Of a stretch of 64,000 nucleotides of DNA, positions 1 to 8,219 are shown in pieces. Source of the stretch: Arenicellales bacterium. GTDB lineage: Bacteria > Pseudomonadota > Gammaproteobacteria > Arenicellales > JAJDZL01. The notes under the pieces were generated by a model that did no database searches, was not told the DNA's origin, and saw only the letters and a list, made by a program, of their open reading frames with translations. Made by a program: the position numbers and the translations under genes. Within the stretch, counting starts at the first letter, position 1. Every line of letters starts with the position of its first letter. The DNA lies in assembly GCA_965213865.1 (NCBI GenBank), contig OZ243928.1:2825003-2889002 (forward strand). Reading direction: 5' to 3'.

Positions 1-117
1 TTCCCCATCGCTTCTTCGTCATTCAGGTCCCTCTGATTTTTATCATGATTTCATCAATATCGATAGTAAATCAACACTGTCAGCGGAGAATCCAAACGCA
101 TCCATATATCCCAAGAT

Positions 118-137
118 GCAGTATTCCGCAGTATTCC
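118..137. repeat. Perfect 10-bp tandem direct repeat (GCAGTATTCC x2) upstream of the peroxiredoxin gene
   Basis: GCAGTATTCC occurs at 118-127 and 128-137, followed by an imperfect inverted copy GATATTCTGC at 139-148. It lies ~115-145 nt upstream of the ATG at 263. The repeat itself is certain; a regulatory role is not. Confidence 0.6.
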
Positions 138-262
138 AGATATTCTGCAATAGTGCGGCTGATATACTAAGACGCAGTTGAGACTTTTTCGAAGACGCGC
201 CGCCGGCGCGGATAGTGCCAGCTACCTTACCCCTAATTTTTTTTCAATCAGGATTTATCAAT

Positions 263-742
263 ATGAGTATATCAGTAGGCGATCAAATTCCACCGGCAGA
301 TCTGTATCACATGACCGAAAAGGGACCTGAAAAGATTTCAACAACTGACCTTTTCGCAGGAAAAAAAGTGGTTCTGTTTGCTGTTCCAGGTGCATTTACA
401 CCGACATGCTCAGTCTCTCACCTGCCAAGCTATGTGATCAATGCAGACAAGATCAAAGCCAAAGGTGTCGACACAATTGCCTGCGTTTCCGTTAATGATG
501 TGTTTGTCATGGATGCATGGGGCGATTCTCAAAACGCCAGTGAAATTCTAATGCTGGCGGACGGCAGCGGGATATTCACTCAGGCGATAGGGATTGAGCT
601 TGATCTGACCGACCGCGGACTGGGGGTTCGCTCGGACCGCTATGCCATGATCGTGGAAGACGGCAAAGTCACAACCTTGAATCGTGAAGCGCCAGGAAAA
701 TATGAGGTCAGCGATGCTGAGACAATTCTGAACGAGCTGTGA
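263..742 (+). CDS. Peroxiredoxin, Prx5/PrxD-like (AhpC/TSA-Redoxin superfamily)
   Basis: ORF track 215..742. I prefer the ATG at 263 (MSISVGDQIP...) over the GTG at 215. 'GKKVVLFAVPGAFTPTCS' is the peroxidatic-Cys context of Prx5-type peroxiredoxins, and ~160 aa is the family size. Confidence 0.88.
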   Translation: MSISVGDQIPPADLYHMTEKGPEKISTTDLFAGKKVVLFAVPGAFTPTCSVSHLPSYVINADKIKAKGVDTIACVSVNDVFVMDAWGDSQNASEILMLADGSGIFTQAIGIELDLTDRGLGVRSDRYAMIVEDGKVTTLNREAPGKYEVSDAETILNEL

Positions 743-767
743 CCTCAAGTCGTTGATGCACTGTCCG

Positions 768-800
768 GTATCGGCCGGCAATAATCAATCCGGCCGATAC
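768..800. terminator. Hairpin between convergent genes (possible bidirectional terminator)
   Basis: GTATCGGCCGG (768-778) pairs perfectly with CCGGCCGATAC (790-800), giving an 11-bp stem and 11-nt loop. It lies between the peroxiredoxin stop (742) and the PfkB kinase stop (814). No clear U-tract on either side. Confidence 0.4.
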
Positions 801-813
801 GGCTTGCAGCAGG

Positions 814-1761
814 CTAACGCCGTCCTCCAATGTGCTGTATGACCCGCGCCGCCAGATCAGAACCGCTTTTCATGCAATCGGGAACTGGCAGATTTTTTGA
901 CAATCCATGCAGAAAGCCGGCTGCATACGCGTCCCCTGCCCCGGTTGTATCCCTGACTCGAGAGACTTTAGCGGCCTCACAGACATACTTTTGATCATCC
1001 CTTGCGGCTTCTGATCCTTGGGCGCCGCGGGTAATGACTGCAATCGAAACTTTCGTGCGAAGCATGCCCATTGCTTCCCTCAGGCTTGCTGACCGGTACA
1101 GTTGCAAAGCCTCCTGCTCGTTGCAGATCAGTATATCAACATAGTTCTCAACGTATGCCTGCAGCAAGCTGCGATGCCGCTCCACTAAAAGCGGATCCGA
1201 TAGAGTCAGCGCAATTCGGGTAGCATTCTCAATCGCAATCGAAGTCTGTGCCTCAATCAATTTGACGGCATCGCCTGAGTCCCACAAATACCCCTCCACC
1301 AGCAGACAGTGTGCGTTTGCAATCGACCGGGCATCGACATCATGGACGGACAGATCTGTCGCGGCGCCTAGGTGAGTGCACATGGTGCGCTGCGCATCTT
1401 TTGAAATCAGTACGCAGCATTGACCCGAGGGTTTCGATGACTGCGTCGCGTCTGCTGCAAACCTTACGCCCGCACTCGTCATATCGTGCCTGAACCTTTC
1501 ACCGGCTTGATCATCGGCAATCTTGCCGATGAACTCGCAGCAACTGCCAAGAGCGGCCATTTGCACGATGGTATTGGCAACCGAGCCGCCTGATTGAATT
1601 GTGTCGGGCACTATCTGGCCGCAAATACGCTGCAATTGGGCATGATCAATCAGCTGCATTGTCCCTTTGATCAAACCCATGGACTCCAGCTGCTGATCAC
1701 CTACATACGCCAGATTGTCAACCAGTGCAACACCGACACCGACAACATCAACTGTTTTCAT
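814..1761 (-). CDS. PfkB-family carbohydrate/nucleoside kinase (adenosine-kinase/ribokinase-like)
   Basis: 315-aa ORF with N-terminal 'VVGVGVALVDNLAY' and C-terminal 'VRDTTGAGDAYAAGFLHGL' (PfkB signature DTxGAGD). The start ATG overlaps the stop of the upstream amidohydrolase (ATGA, 1758-1761). Confidence 0.85.
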   Translation of the reverse strand: MKTVDVVGVGVALVDNLAYVGDQQLESMGLIKGTMQLIDHAQLQRICGQIVPDTIQSGGSVANTIVQMAALGSCCEFIGKIADDQAGERFRHDMTSAGVRFAADATQSSKPSGQCCVLISKDAQRTMCTHLGAATDLSVHDVDARSIANAHCLLVEGYLWDSGDAVKLIEAQTSIAIENATRIALTLSDPLLVERHRSLLQAYVENYVDILICNEQEALQLYRSASLREAMGMLRTKVSIAVITRGAQGSEAARDDQKYVCEAAKVSRVRDTTGAGDAYAAGFLHGLSKNLPVPDCMKSGSDLAARVIQHIGGRR

Positions 1762-3008
1762 GCTGGGCTGACGCCCGCTTTTGCCAAGACCGCCTGCAGC
1801 AAGACATTTGCGCCAGCTTCGGCAAATGCCTTTGATGTATTTTCTCTCTCGTTATGGCTGACACCGCCATCACAGGGAATGAAGATCATGGAGGTCGGAG
1901 CGACTTTTGAGATGTGTACCGAGTCGTGTCCGGCGCCGCTGAACATTTCGCGAAAGTCATAGCGACATGCCTGTGCGCCCGAGCGAACCGCCTCGATGCA
2001 ATCAAGATCAAACTGAACGGGCGGCGAGCGCCAAATTCTCTTGATTTGCGCCTCTACATTTGCAACTGCATTGAATCGCTCAACAGTCTGCATAACGGCC
2101 TGATCATAGCGGTCGAATTCCGTCAGAACAGGATGCCGAATATCAATTGTAAACTCTGCACGTGACGGAACCGTATTGCGCGATCCCGGATATGTGCGAA
2201 ACTCACCGATTGTGATTCGTGCATCATCGCCAAAATCCTCAGCGAGCTCATAAAGACTCGGCAGCAGCTCGCTGGCGCCGCGCAGGGCGTCACGGCGTGT
2301 TTTCATGGGTGCGGGGCCTGCATGCGCCTCTTCGCCTGAGATAACAGCATCATACCAAACCGAGCCTTGAACTCCAGTGACTACACCAATCGACATGTTG
2401 TGGTCCTCAAGTATCGGGCCTTGCTCGATGTGAGCTTCAAAAAATGCGGAGAACCCATGATCCGCCGGCAACGTATCGCCTAAATATCCGATACGCCTCA
2501 GCTCGCTGCCTATCGTTGCCCCGTCATGCGCTTGCCGACTGTGTCCGTATTCCAGATCGAATGCACCCGCATACACCGCCGAACCAATCATCGCCGGCGG
2601 AAAGCGAGCGCCCTCCTCATTGGTCCACACAACCAGCTCGACAGGCAGCTGTGTCTGAAGATTGGCATCATGCAGCGTTCTCAGAACTTCAAGTCCGGCA
2701 AGAACGCCATAGGCGCCGTCAAACTTGCCGCCGGTGGGCTGCGAATCCAGATGACTGCCTGTTCCGACTGCCTTTTCATCATCGACCAGTCCTGCACGGC
2801 GGAAAAACATGTTGCCCATTGGATCGACATAGCGCGTACAGCCCAGCTCAGCGCACCATTGAGACAGCAGCTCGCGACTTTCCCGATCAAGGTCAGTCAG
2901 CGCCAGTCGACAGACACCGCCGTTATCGGTTGCGCCGATTTGCGCCATGCGCATCAGCGAATTCCACAGCCGATCACCGTCAACTGCCAGATTTATAGAA
3001 GAATTCAT
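1758..3008 (-). CDS. M20-family amidohydrolase (allantoate amidohydrolase / N-carbamoyl-L-amino-acid hydrolase / beta-ureidopropionase type)
   Basis: ORF track 1758..3476, but the first 156 codons overlap tctA in another frame and look like noise. Family-like sequence starts at the ATG at 3008 (MNSSINLAVDGDRLWNSLMRMAQIGAT...). 'GTGSHLDSQPTGGKFDGAYGVLAGLEVLRTL' is the metal-binding core typical of AmaB/AllC-type enzymes. Confidence 0.85.
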   Translation of the reverse strand: MNSSINLAVDGDRLWNSLMRMAQIGATDNGGVCRLALTDLDRESRELLSQWCAELGCTRYVDPMGNMFFRRAGLVDDEKAVGTGSHLDSQPTGGKFDGAYGVLAGLEVLRTLHDANLQTQLPVELVVWTNEEGARFPPAMIGSAVYAGAFDLEYGHSRQAHDGATIGSELRRIGYLGDTLPADHGFSAFFEAHIEQGPILEDHNMSIGVVTGVQGSVWYDAVISGEEAHAGPAPMKTRRDALRGASELLPSLYELAEDFGDDARITIGEFRTYPGSRNTVPSRAEFTIDIRHPVLTEFDRYDQAVMQTVERFNAVANVEAQIKRIWRSPPVQFDLDCIEAVRSGAQACRYDFREMFSGAGHDSVHISKVAPTSMIFIPCDGGVSHNERENTSKAFAEAGANVLLQAVLAKAGVSPA

Positions 3009-3025
3009 CTGATTGCACACGCCGA

Positions 3026-4537
3026 TCAATTGTTTTCTTCGGTGAATTCGGCGTAGTGCTTGCCAAACAGTTGGCGGTGCCTCACAATGTTCATGGCAAT
3101 CGTAATCAGCCCCAGTGAAATCAGGATGCCGCTGATCGGCTTGGTAAAAAATGCAAAGACATTGTAGTCCAGCAGCACCATTGATCGGGAAAACGTATCT
3201 TCTCCAATCTGGCCGAGAATCACACCCATCACCAAGGCAGGTATCGAGTAGTCGCCCTTGCGCATCAAGAATCCCAGCACACCGGCCGCAAACATGGTAT
3301 AGACATCCACAATGTTGCCACGCAACGCGAACGCGCCGATGGTTGCAAATATCAATATCGTTGGCGCCAGGATCGGAAACGGAATGCGCAGCAGATTGAC
3401 AATGCCTTTGGCCTCGACAACACCGACCGCTAAAATGGCCACTGATGCCCAGAACATCGATGCGAAAAGCACCCACACAAGATCATGCGCCTCGATCATG
3501 ATCAAAGGACCGACATCCATATCATGCAAATTGAAAACACTGATCATCATGGCAGTCAGCGCGCCGCCTGGCAAACCCAGCGCGAGCAGCGGAATCATCG
3601 CTGCACCCGTGGCAGCATTATTGGCGGTTTCCGGGGCAACCACGCCCTCGGGATTGCCCTTGCCAAACTTTTCAGGCGTTTTGGACCAGCGCACGGCTTC
3701 GTTGTATGACATAAACGCCGCCAGCGTGGCGCCGATGCCCGGGAGCACACCGCAGAAAAAACCAATTACGGCAGAGCGCACGACTATGAATTTCATTTTC
3801 CAGAATTCGAAAAATGTGGGGTAAGCCACCGAAATCTTTGGCCTGTCATATTCTCCGCGGGCTAGTTTGAGTCCTTGGGTAAAAACTTCGGCAACTGCAA
3901 AAAAACCAAGAATCAGCGGCACGAAATGAAAACCGCCGTGCAGATACAGCGTGCCGAAATTAAATCGGGGAATACCGCCGACGGGATCGCTGCCAATTGA
4001 GCCGATCAGCAGTCCAGCCAGCAGGGACAGCCAGCCTTTCGCGATGGATTGAGTGCCAATGCCAGCGACAACCGCCAAGCCGAAAAAAATTAGAGCAAAT
4101 ATTTCGACCGGGCCAAAGTTGCGAATCGCAAAATCCGCGACTGGACCGGTAAACGCCATCATGGCAATGGCAGCGCAAGTGCCGCCAAATGCCGAGCACG
4201 TTACGGCATATCCGATTGCCTTGCCGGATTGACCTTTGCGGGTCATCGCATAGCCATCGAAAGCAGTCGGGGCATTCTCCACGGACCCAGGAATATTGAA
4301 CAGGATCGCCGTGATCGCGCCGCCATATACGCCCGCCACATAAAGCACTCCATAAAGCATGATAGCGTGCGTTGACGACATCCAAGCGGTAAATGGCAGC
4401 AGGACTGCAGCCAAAGTCAGCAGACTGAGGCCTGGAACCGCGCCAAAAACCAGTCCGCCGATCAGTGCGGCGATAAAAATGACAATGCCAATTGGATCGG
4501 TAAACAGCTGCTGCGTACCGACGAGGAATTCTCCCAT
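3026..4537 (-). CDS. tctA: Tripartite tricarboxylate transporter, large permease TctA
   Basis: ~500-aa polytopic membrane protein (MGEFLVGTQQLFTDPIGIVIFIAALIGG...) in the tctCBA position. The start is placed at ATG 4537, which overlaps the tctB stop (TAATG). The 54 upstream codons of ORF 3026..4699 lie inside tctB. Confidence 0.9.
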   Translation of the reverse strand: MGEFLVGTQQLFTDPIGIVIFIAALIGGLVFGAVPGLSLLTLAAVLLPFTAWMSSTHAIMLYGVLYVAGVYGGAITAILFNIPGSVENAPTAFDGYAMTRKGQSGKAIGYAVTCSAFGGTCAAIAMMAFTGPVADFAIRNFGPVEIFALIFFGLAVVAGIGTQSIAKGWLSLLAGLLIGSIGSDPVGGIPRFNFGTLYLHGGFHFVPLILGFFAVAEVFTQGLKLARGEYDRPKISVAYPTFFEFWKMKFIVVRSAVIGFFCGVLPGIGATLAAFMSYNEAVRWSKTPEKFGKGNPEGVVAPETANNAATGAAMIPLLALGLPGGALTAMMISVFNLHDMDVGPLIMIEAHDLVWVLFASMFWASVAILAVGVVEAKGIVNLLRIPFPILAPTILIFATIGAFALRGNIVDVYTMFAAGVLGFLMRKGDYSIPALVMGVILGQIGEDTFSRSMVLLDYNVFAFFTKPISGILISLGLITIAMNIVRHRQLFGKHYAEFTEENN

Positions 4538-5106
4538 TACGTCAGCAATCCTATGATATGGCCGTTGATGGTGTTGAATATGCCGGCGCCCGGCGGCAGG
4601 TAGGTGAAGATGACCACCACGAATACCAGCACCAGCGCGGTGTAAATGCATACTGTCATAATCAGCAGAGTGCGCAGCCGCTTGACCCCCATCAGCCACA
4701 TGTAGCTGAACAAAAAGAACGGTGTGACAAGCAAAAATCCCATCTTGTGAATCAGATAGGTATAAAGGACGGGCAGAGTAAAAAGCAGCACGACTCGAAA
4801 CTGCGCTGAGCGATCCAAGGCGGAAAGGTCATCACTGACGGATGCTTTTATCTGCTCCGCTGACGGCGTTGAAGATGTCCGCCAGATGCTGAAAAAGAGC
4901 CAGCCTGCGAACAGCAGCATGCCGATCAATACCATCCGCGGCCAGTGCGCAGGCCCCCATTCGTAAACCGGCAGCGGATCGTCAAACTGAAAAGTATAAA
5001 TCAGTGCGCCAATTGTCAGAATGAGCCAAGTGCCTGATTCAGCGAAGGAAGGCCAAGGACGGCGACTCGAGGCGAGCATATTCATACCTTGGAAATCAGT
5101 TTGCAT
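4537..5106 (-). CDS. tctB: Tripartite tricarboxylate transporter, small membrane subunit TctB
   Basis: Small hydrophobic multi-helix ORF between tctC and tctA in the canonical tctCBA order. The start is not resolved: 5106 or a Met a few codons downstream. Confidence 0.7.
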   Translation of the reverse strand: MQTDFQGMNMLASSRRPWPSFAESGTWLILTIGALIYTFQFDDPLPVYEWGPAHWPRMVLIGMLLFAGWLFFSIWRTSSTPSAEQIKASVSDDLSALDRSAQFRVVLLFTLPVLYTYLIHKMGFLLVTPFFLFSYMWLMGVKRLRTLLIMTVCIYTALVLVFVVVIFTYLPPGAGIFNTINGHIIGLLT

Positions 5107-5165
5107 CGAAAACTGCCGGCGACCCGCTTGGATCGCCGGCAGCTCTCTTGCCCGGGCAGAACGAC

Positions 5166-6194
5166 TTACAGGCCGTCGCGAACTTCAAGGCCTAATTCTT
5201 TCGAGGCGCTGGCGTAAACTCCCAGTGAATCTTCAAGAATCTTGATCGTATCCTCACGGCTGCGGAATGAGTCAACGATGTCAAGGCTTTTACGTACGAC
5301 AAACTCCTGATGCTCTTCTGATCGATAGGCTTGCGCGAAGACTTCCGCCAGATACTCAATAATTTCTTGCGGCGCGCCTTTCTTGATGAACATTCCTCGG
5401 AAGCGCAGCAGCGGATCCCAATCTAAACCATAGTCTTGCCCCAATGCCGGCGTATCCGGAAAGTTTTCAAAGCGCGTTGGCCAAAGCGCCAGTATCGGCT
5501 TGAGCGACCCGCCTTCAACGAACTTCGATACGTCCCCCGGCTGTTCCATCAGCAGATCCAGCTGTCCGCCGACGACGGCGCCGAAACGCTCGCCTGATTT
5601 GCCAGTCAGCACTTGCCTTGACTTGAATCCGAAGTGATTCTCAACCACGGCCATGCTGATCAGCTCAAGCGGAATATTAATATTTGACACGGTCAGCTTG
5701 CCTTCTTCCTGCTGCGCATAGGCAACGAGCTTGTCCCAATCCGGCACACCATCGGTCTGAAACCGCTGGTCCTCAGCATTGATGAACAGCATTGTCGGTG
5801 CGACATTCATAATCACCAGCGGCTCCAGGTCGGTCACTGGATTCAAATCGATGCGGCCTTCGACATAACGGGACGCAACAGTATCGATATGCTGCAGCAG
5901 CGTATAGCCGTCAGCCGGCGCTTGCAGAAATTCCGGCAAGCAGTTGAGTCCTCCACCACCGACAATGTTGATTTTATTAATCTTTGCATTCATAATTTTA
6001 GCGGCAGGCCCGGCAATGGCATCCACTGCCTGATCGGAACCGCCCCCTTTTCCGTAGCAGCAAATGACGGTGATAGGACGGTTTGGATAGCCGTCAGGTC
6101 CAGCCGCACTGGCTGGCAGTGACGCTAGCATCCCAATGCCGGCAACTGCCAAGCCGCAGACAGAAGTCAAAACTTTTCCTAAATAAGATTTCAT
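5166..6194 (-). CDS. tctC: Tripartite tricarboxylate transporter substrate-binding protein TctC (Bug family)
   Basis: 342 aa with a signal peptide (MKSYLGKVLTSVCGLAVAGIGMLASLPASA) and a Bug/TctC-like body ('GYPNRPITVICCYGKGGGSDQ'). It is the first gene of tctCBA. Confidence 0.85.
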   Translation of the reverse strand: MKSYLGKVLTSVCGLAVAGIGMLASLPASAAGPDGYPNRPITVICCYGKGGGSDQAVDAIAGPAAKIMNAKINKINIVGGGGLNCLPEFLQAPADGYTLLQHIDTVASRYVEGRIDLNPVTDLEPLVIMNVAPTMLFINAEDQRFQTDGVPDWDKLVAYAQQEEGKLTVSNINIPLELISMAVVENHFGFKSRQVLTGKSGERFGAVVGGQLDLLMEQPGDVSKFVEGGSLKPILALWPTRFENFPDTPALGQDYGLDWDPLLRFRGMFIKKGAPQEIIEYLAEVFAQAYRSEEHQEFVVRKSLDIVDSFRSREDTIKILEDSLGVYASASKELGLEVRDGL

Positions 6195-6288
6195 ATTGGC
6201 ATTACTCCATAGTTTGAATCGAATACTTGCCGGCTCCTGCGGTCAGTTCCCAAGGCCGGCAAGTTATCTCAGCTGCGATTTATAACCG

Positions 6289-6318
6289 AAATTCAGTTTT
6301 GAATTGAAAAATTCAGTT
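6289..6318 (-). promoter_or_regulatory. Direct repeats in the tctC upstream region (candidate response-regulator site)
   Basis: AAATTCAGTT occurs at 6289-6298 and 6309-6318 (perfect copies in 20-bp register), 95-125 nt upstream of the tctC ATG (6194). A 10-bp-stem hairpin (ACTTGCCGGC 6225-6234 / GCCGGCAAGT 6255-6264) lies between the repeats and the start codon. Confidence 0.3.
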
Positions 6319-6479
6319 CATTTTTGCATACCAATGCGGCATCACTCGTGCAGCCTCGACAGAATTCGATCGATCTTGGCCGCAGCGCCTGCCCGCGGAC
6401 TTCTATCAAACTTGACTCTTGCACCGCGAGGCGAGAGACTCTGCATGACTGTCAACCGACAAAGTTTGCCCGCTAGCAA

Positions 6480-6882
6480 TCACACGATCCATTCGCAGCC
6501 CGCTGACTGTGCCGGGCAGATTGCATCGACGCAAATCCCATATTCTCCGGCCTCTGTCGCGAGTGACCTGGCGCGCCCGGTCACGCTCCGCCTCGCGGAC
6601 GCGCAGGGCGACCGCAACGGGCCGCCATGCATTTCTGCGGTCGACGATAGATTCACAATTGAGCCGCAGCGTCTCGGTCCAATCTCGCAGTGTCAGGTCC
6701 TCGAGCCTGCTGCTGCTCGGCCTAGCAACTCCGGCATTATCGACCAGCATGCCGGGCACAACGCATGTTTCATCCAGTACGTGATCAAGCTGCATATCCA
6801 TATCGGCATCGCAACAGACAGCAGCTGTGCAGTGTTTCAGCCGATGCCAGCTGCCGCCCCTGTTACCAGTGCGTATTGACTC
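6480..6882 (-). pseudogene. Decayed short-chain dehydrogenase/reductase (SDR) remnant
   Basis: My minus-strand translation gives, in one frame (6882 down to ~6660), '..RTGNRGGSWHRL..MLVDNAGVARPSSSRLEDLTLRDWTETLRLN'. This carries TGxxxGxG-like and NNAG-like motifs, but their spacing is too short. After a frame change (6659 down to 6480) it reads 'IVNLSSTAEMHGGPLRSPCASARRSVTGRARSLATEAGEYGICVDAICPAQ..*'. That is the SDR IVNxSS...YxxxK...GIRVNAxxPG block, with the catalytic Tyr/Lys read as Cys/Arg. The remnant therefore shows internal deletions, a frameshift and lost catalytic residues. Confidence 0.6.
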
Positions 6883-6917
6883 TCAAGATTCATTCATCTC
6901 ACCTCTGCATCGGGATT

Positions 6918-8210
6918 CTATAAATCCAGAATCAACTGCGTTTCCCCCTTCAAGGCGCGCGATACGCAAATCATCATCTGATTCTGTCTCTGCTTTTCCG
7001 AATCGCTGAGTACCCAATCACGATGCTCGACCTGACCATGCAGCACAGCAGTCCGGCAGGCGCCGCACAAGCCTTCAGCGCACGAAAAGTCGAGAGCCAG
7101 ATCTGCTTCGCGCAAGGCATCTAGAATGCTTTGGCTGGCTGATACCTGAATCGTTTGCTGGCGCCGTGCAAGCACCACCTTGAATTCATTATTCTCAAAA
7201 TCCTGTTCTGTCGCACTGTGGAAGGCCTCGCAATGCTTCGCTGAATCTGGCCAGTGCGAGCAATGATGGAGTGCCGCATCCATCAGTCCAGAAGGCCCGC
7301 AGACGTACAGGTGAGTTCCATCGCGACAATCGCGAACAACATGCGCTAAATTGATCCAGCGATGCGGCCTGCCATCATCAAAATGCAATGTCAGGCGATC
7401 ACCGCAAACAGCTTGCAGCTGTTCAAGAAACGGTGCACTTTGTTTTGACCTGGCACAGTAGTGCACACTGAATTCGGCCTCGATTTGCCGCAGGCGATAA
7501 CACATGGACAAAATGGGCGCCACGCCGATTCCGCCCGCAATGAGCAGATGCGATGCGGCGGATTCATCCAGTCCAAAATTATTGCTTGGGCAACTTGATT
7601 GCACAACATCGCCGACTCGCAGGTTTTCGTGCAGCCATTGAGAGCCGCCGCGACCGTCTCGCTCGTTCAGCACACCGATGACATAGCGATGGGTTTCCTG
7701 ACTGTTGCCAGCCAGAGAATAGGAGCGGCGCAAGGACGGATTGCCGATTTGCAGATCAATGTGAGCGCCTGCAGTAAATTCTGGCAAAGCGCCGCCTTTG
7801 GCATCTGCAAACTCGATCCGCAGCGTATCTGCGGTCATCTGCTCAATCGCAGCCGTCTTCAGCTGCAGGCGCAAAAAGCCGACAGTACTGGGAAATTGCT
7901 GTCCGTCCTTGAGCAGCAAGCGCTCAACGGGCTGATCCTCAATGACATCACGCTGGAGAATTTCATCAACGTCCCTTGTTGATGCATAGTGATACCAGCG
8001 ACCCTGTGGATAGATGACCATCGTCGGCCCCAGCTCGCAGCGCTCCAGGCAGCCTGCATTATTGACCCGGATATCCTTGAGTCCCAGCTCGCGCGCCCGC
8101 TTTTTCATGTAAGTGCGCAATTTTGCCGAACCGCGCGCCGCGCAGCAGCTGCGCGGATGATCGGCAGGACGCGCGTTAATGCAGCAGAAGATGTGCTTGC
8201 GGTAGTGCAA
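6918..8210 (-). CDS. Three-module iron-sulfur flavoprotein reductase: thioredoxin-like [2Fe-2S] ferredoxin + FNR-like flavin/NAD(P)H module + plant-type [2Fe-2S] ferredoxin (phthalate-dioxygenase-reductase/VanB-like)
   Basis: N-terminus: 'HIFCCINARPADHPRSCCAARGS' ... 'VNNAGCLERCELGPTMVIYPQGRWY' (COG3411-type ferredoxin). Middle: 'LRRSYSLAG' and 'HLLIAGGIGVAPILSM' (FNR-family flavin and nucleotide motifs). C-terminus: 'SCAEGLCGACRTAV' (CxxxxCxxC cluster site). Confidence 0.85.
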   Translation of the reverse strand: MHYRKHIFCCINARPADHPRSCCAARGSAKLRTYMKKRARELGLKDIRVNNAGCLERCELGPTMVIYPQGRWYHYASTRDVDEILQRDVIEDQPVERLLLKDGQQFPSTVGFLRLQLKTAAIEQMTADTLRIEFADAKGGALPEFTAGAHIDLQIGNPSLRRSYSLAGNSQETHRYVIGVLNERDGRGGSQWLHENLRVGDVVQSSCPSNNFGLDESAASHLLIAGGIGVAPILSMCYRLRQIEAEFSVHYCARSKQSAPFLEQLQAVCGDRLTLHFDDGRPHRWINLAHVVRDCRDGTHLYVCGPSGLMDAALHHCSHWPDSAKHCEAFHSATEQDFENNEFKVVLARRQQTIQVSASQSILDALREADLALDFSCAEGLCGACRTAVLHGQVEHRDWVLSDSEKQRQNQMMICVSRALKGETQLILDL

Positions 8211-8219
8211 CCGTATCCC

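Noticed and set aside
1-22. Minus-strand ATG at 22 preceded by a GAGGG RBS-like sequence, running off the left edge (MTKKRWG...).
   Set aside because: Only 7 codons are visible, so it cannot be called. It is mentioned only as a probable divergent neighbour of the peroxiredoxin.
3009-3476. 156-codon N-terminal extension of ORF 1758..3476 (and likewise 4538..4699 for ORF 3026..4699).
   Set aside because: The extensions lie inside the neighbouring tctA/tctB coding sequences in another frame, and their Cys/Arg/His-rich composition looks like noise. Family-like sequence begins at the internal ATGs (3008 and 4537).
6304-6879. 191-aa plus-strand ORF (with 6509..6784 and 6827..7009).
   Set aside because: It is antisense to the readable SDR remnant and has no recognisable motif. 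Most likely it is an open antisense frame, not a gene.
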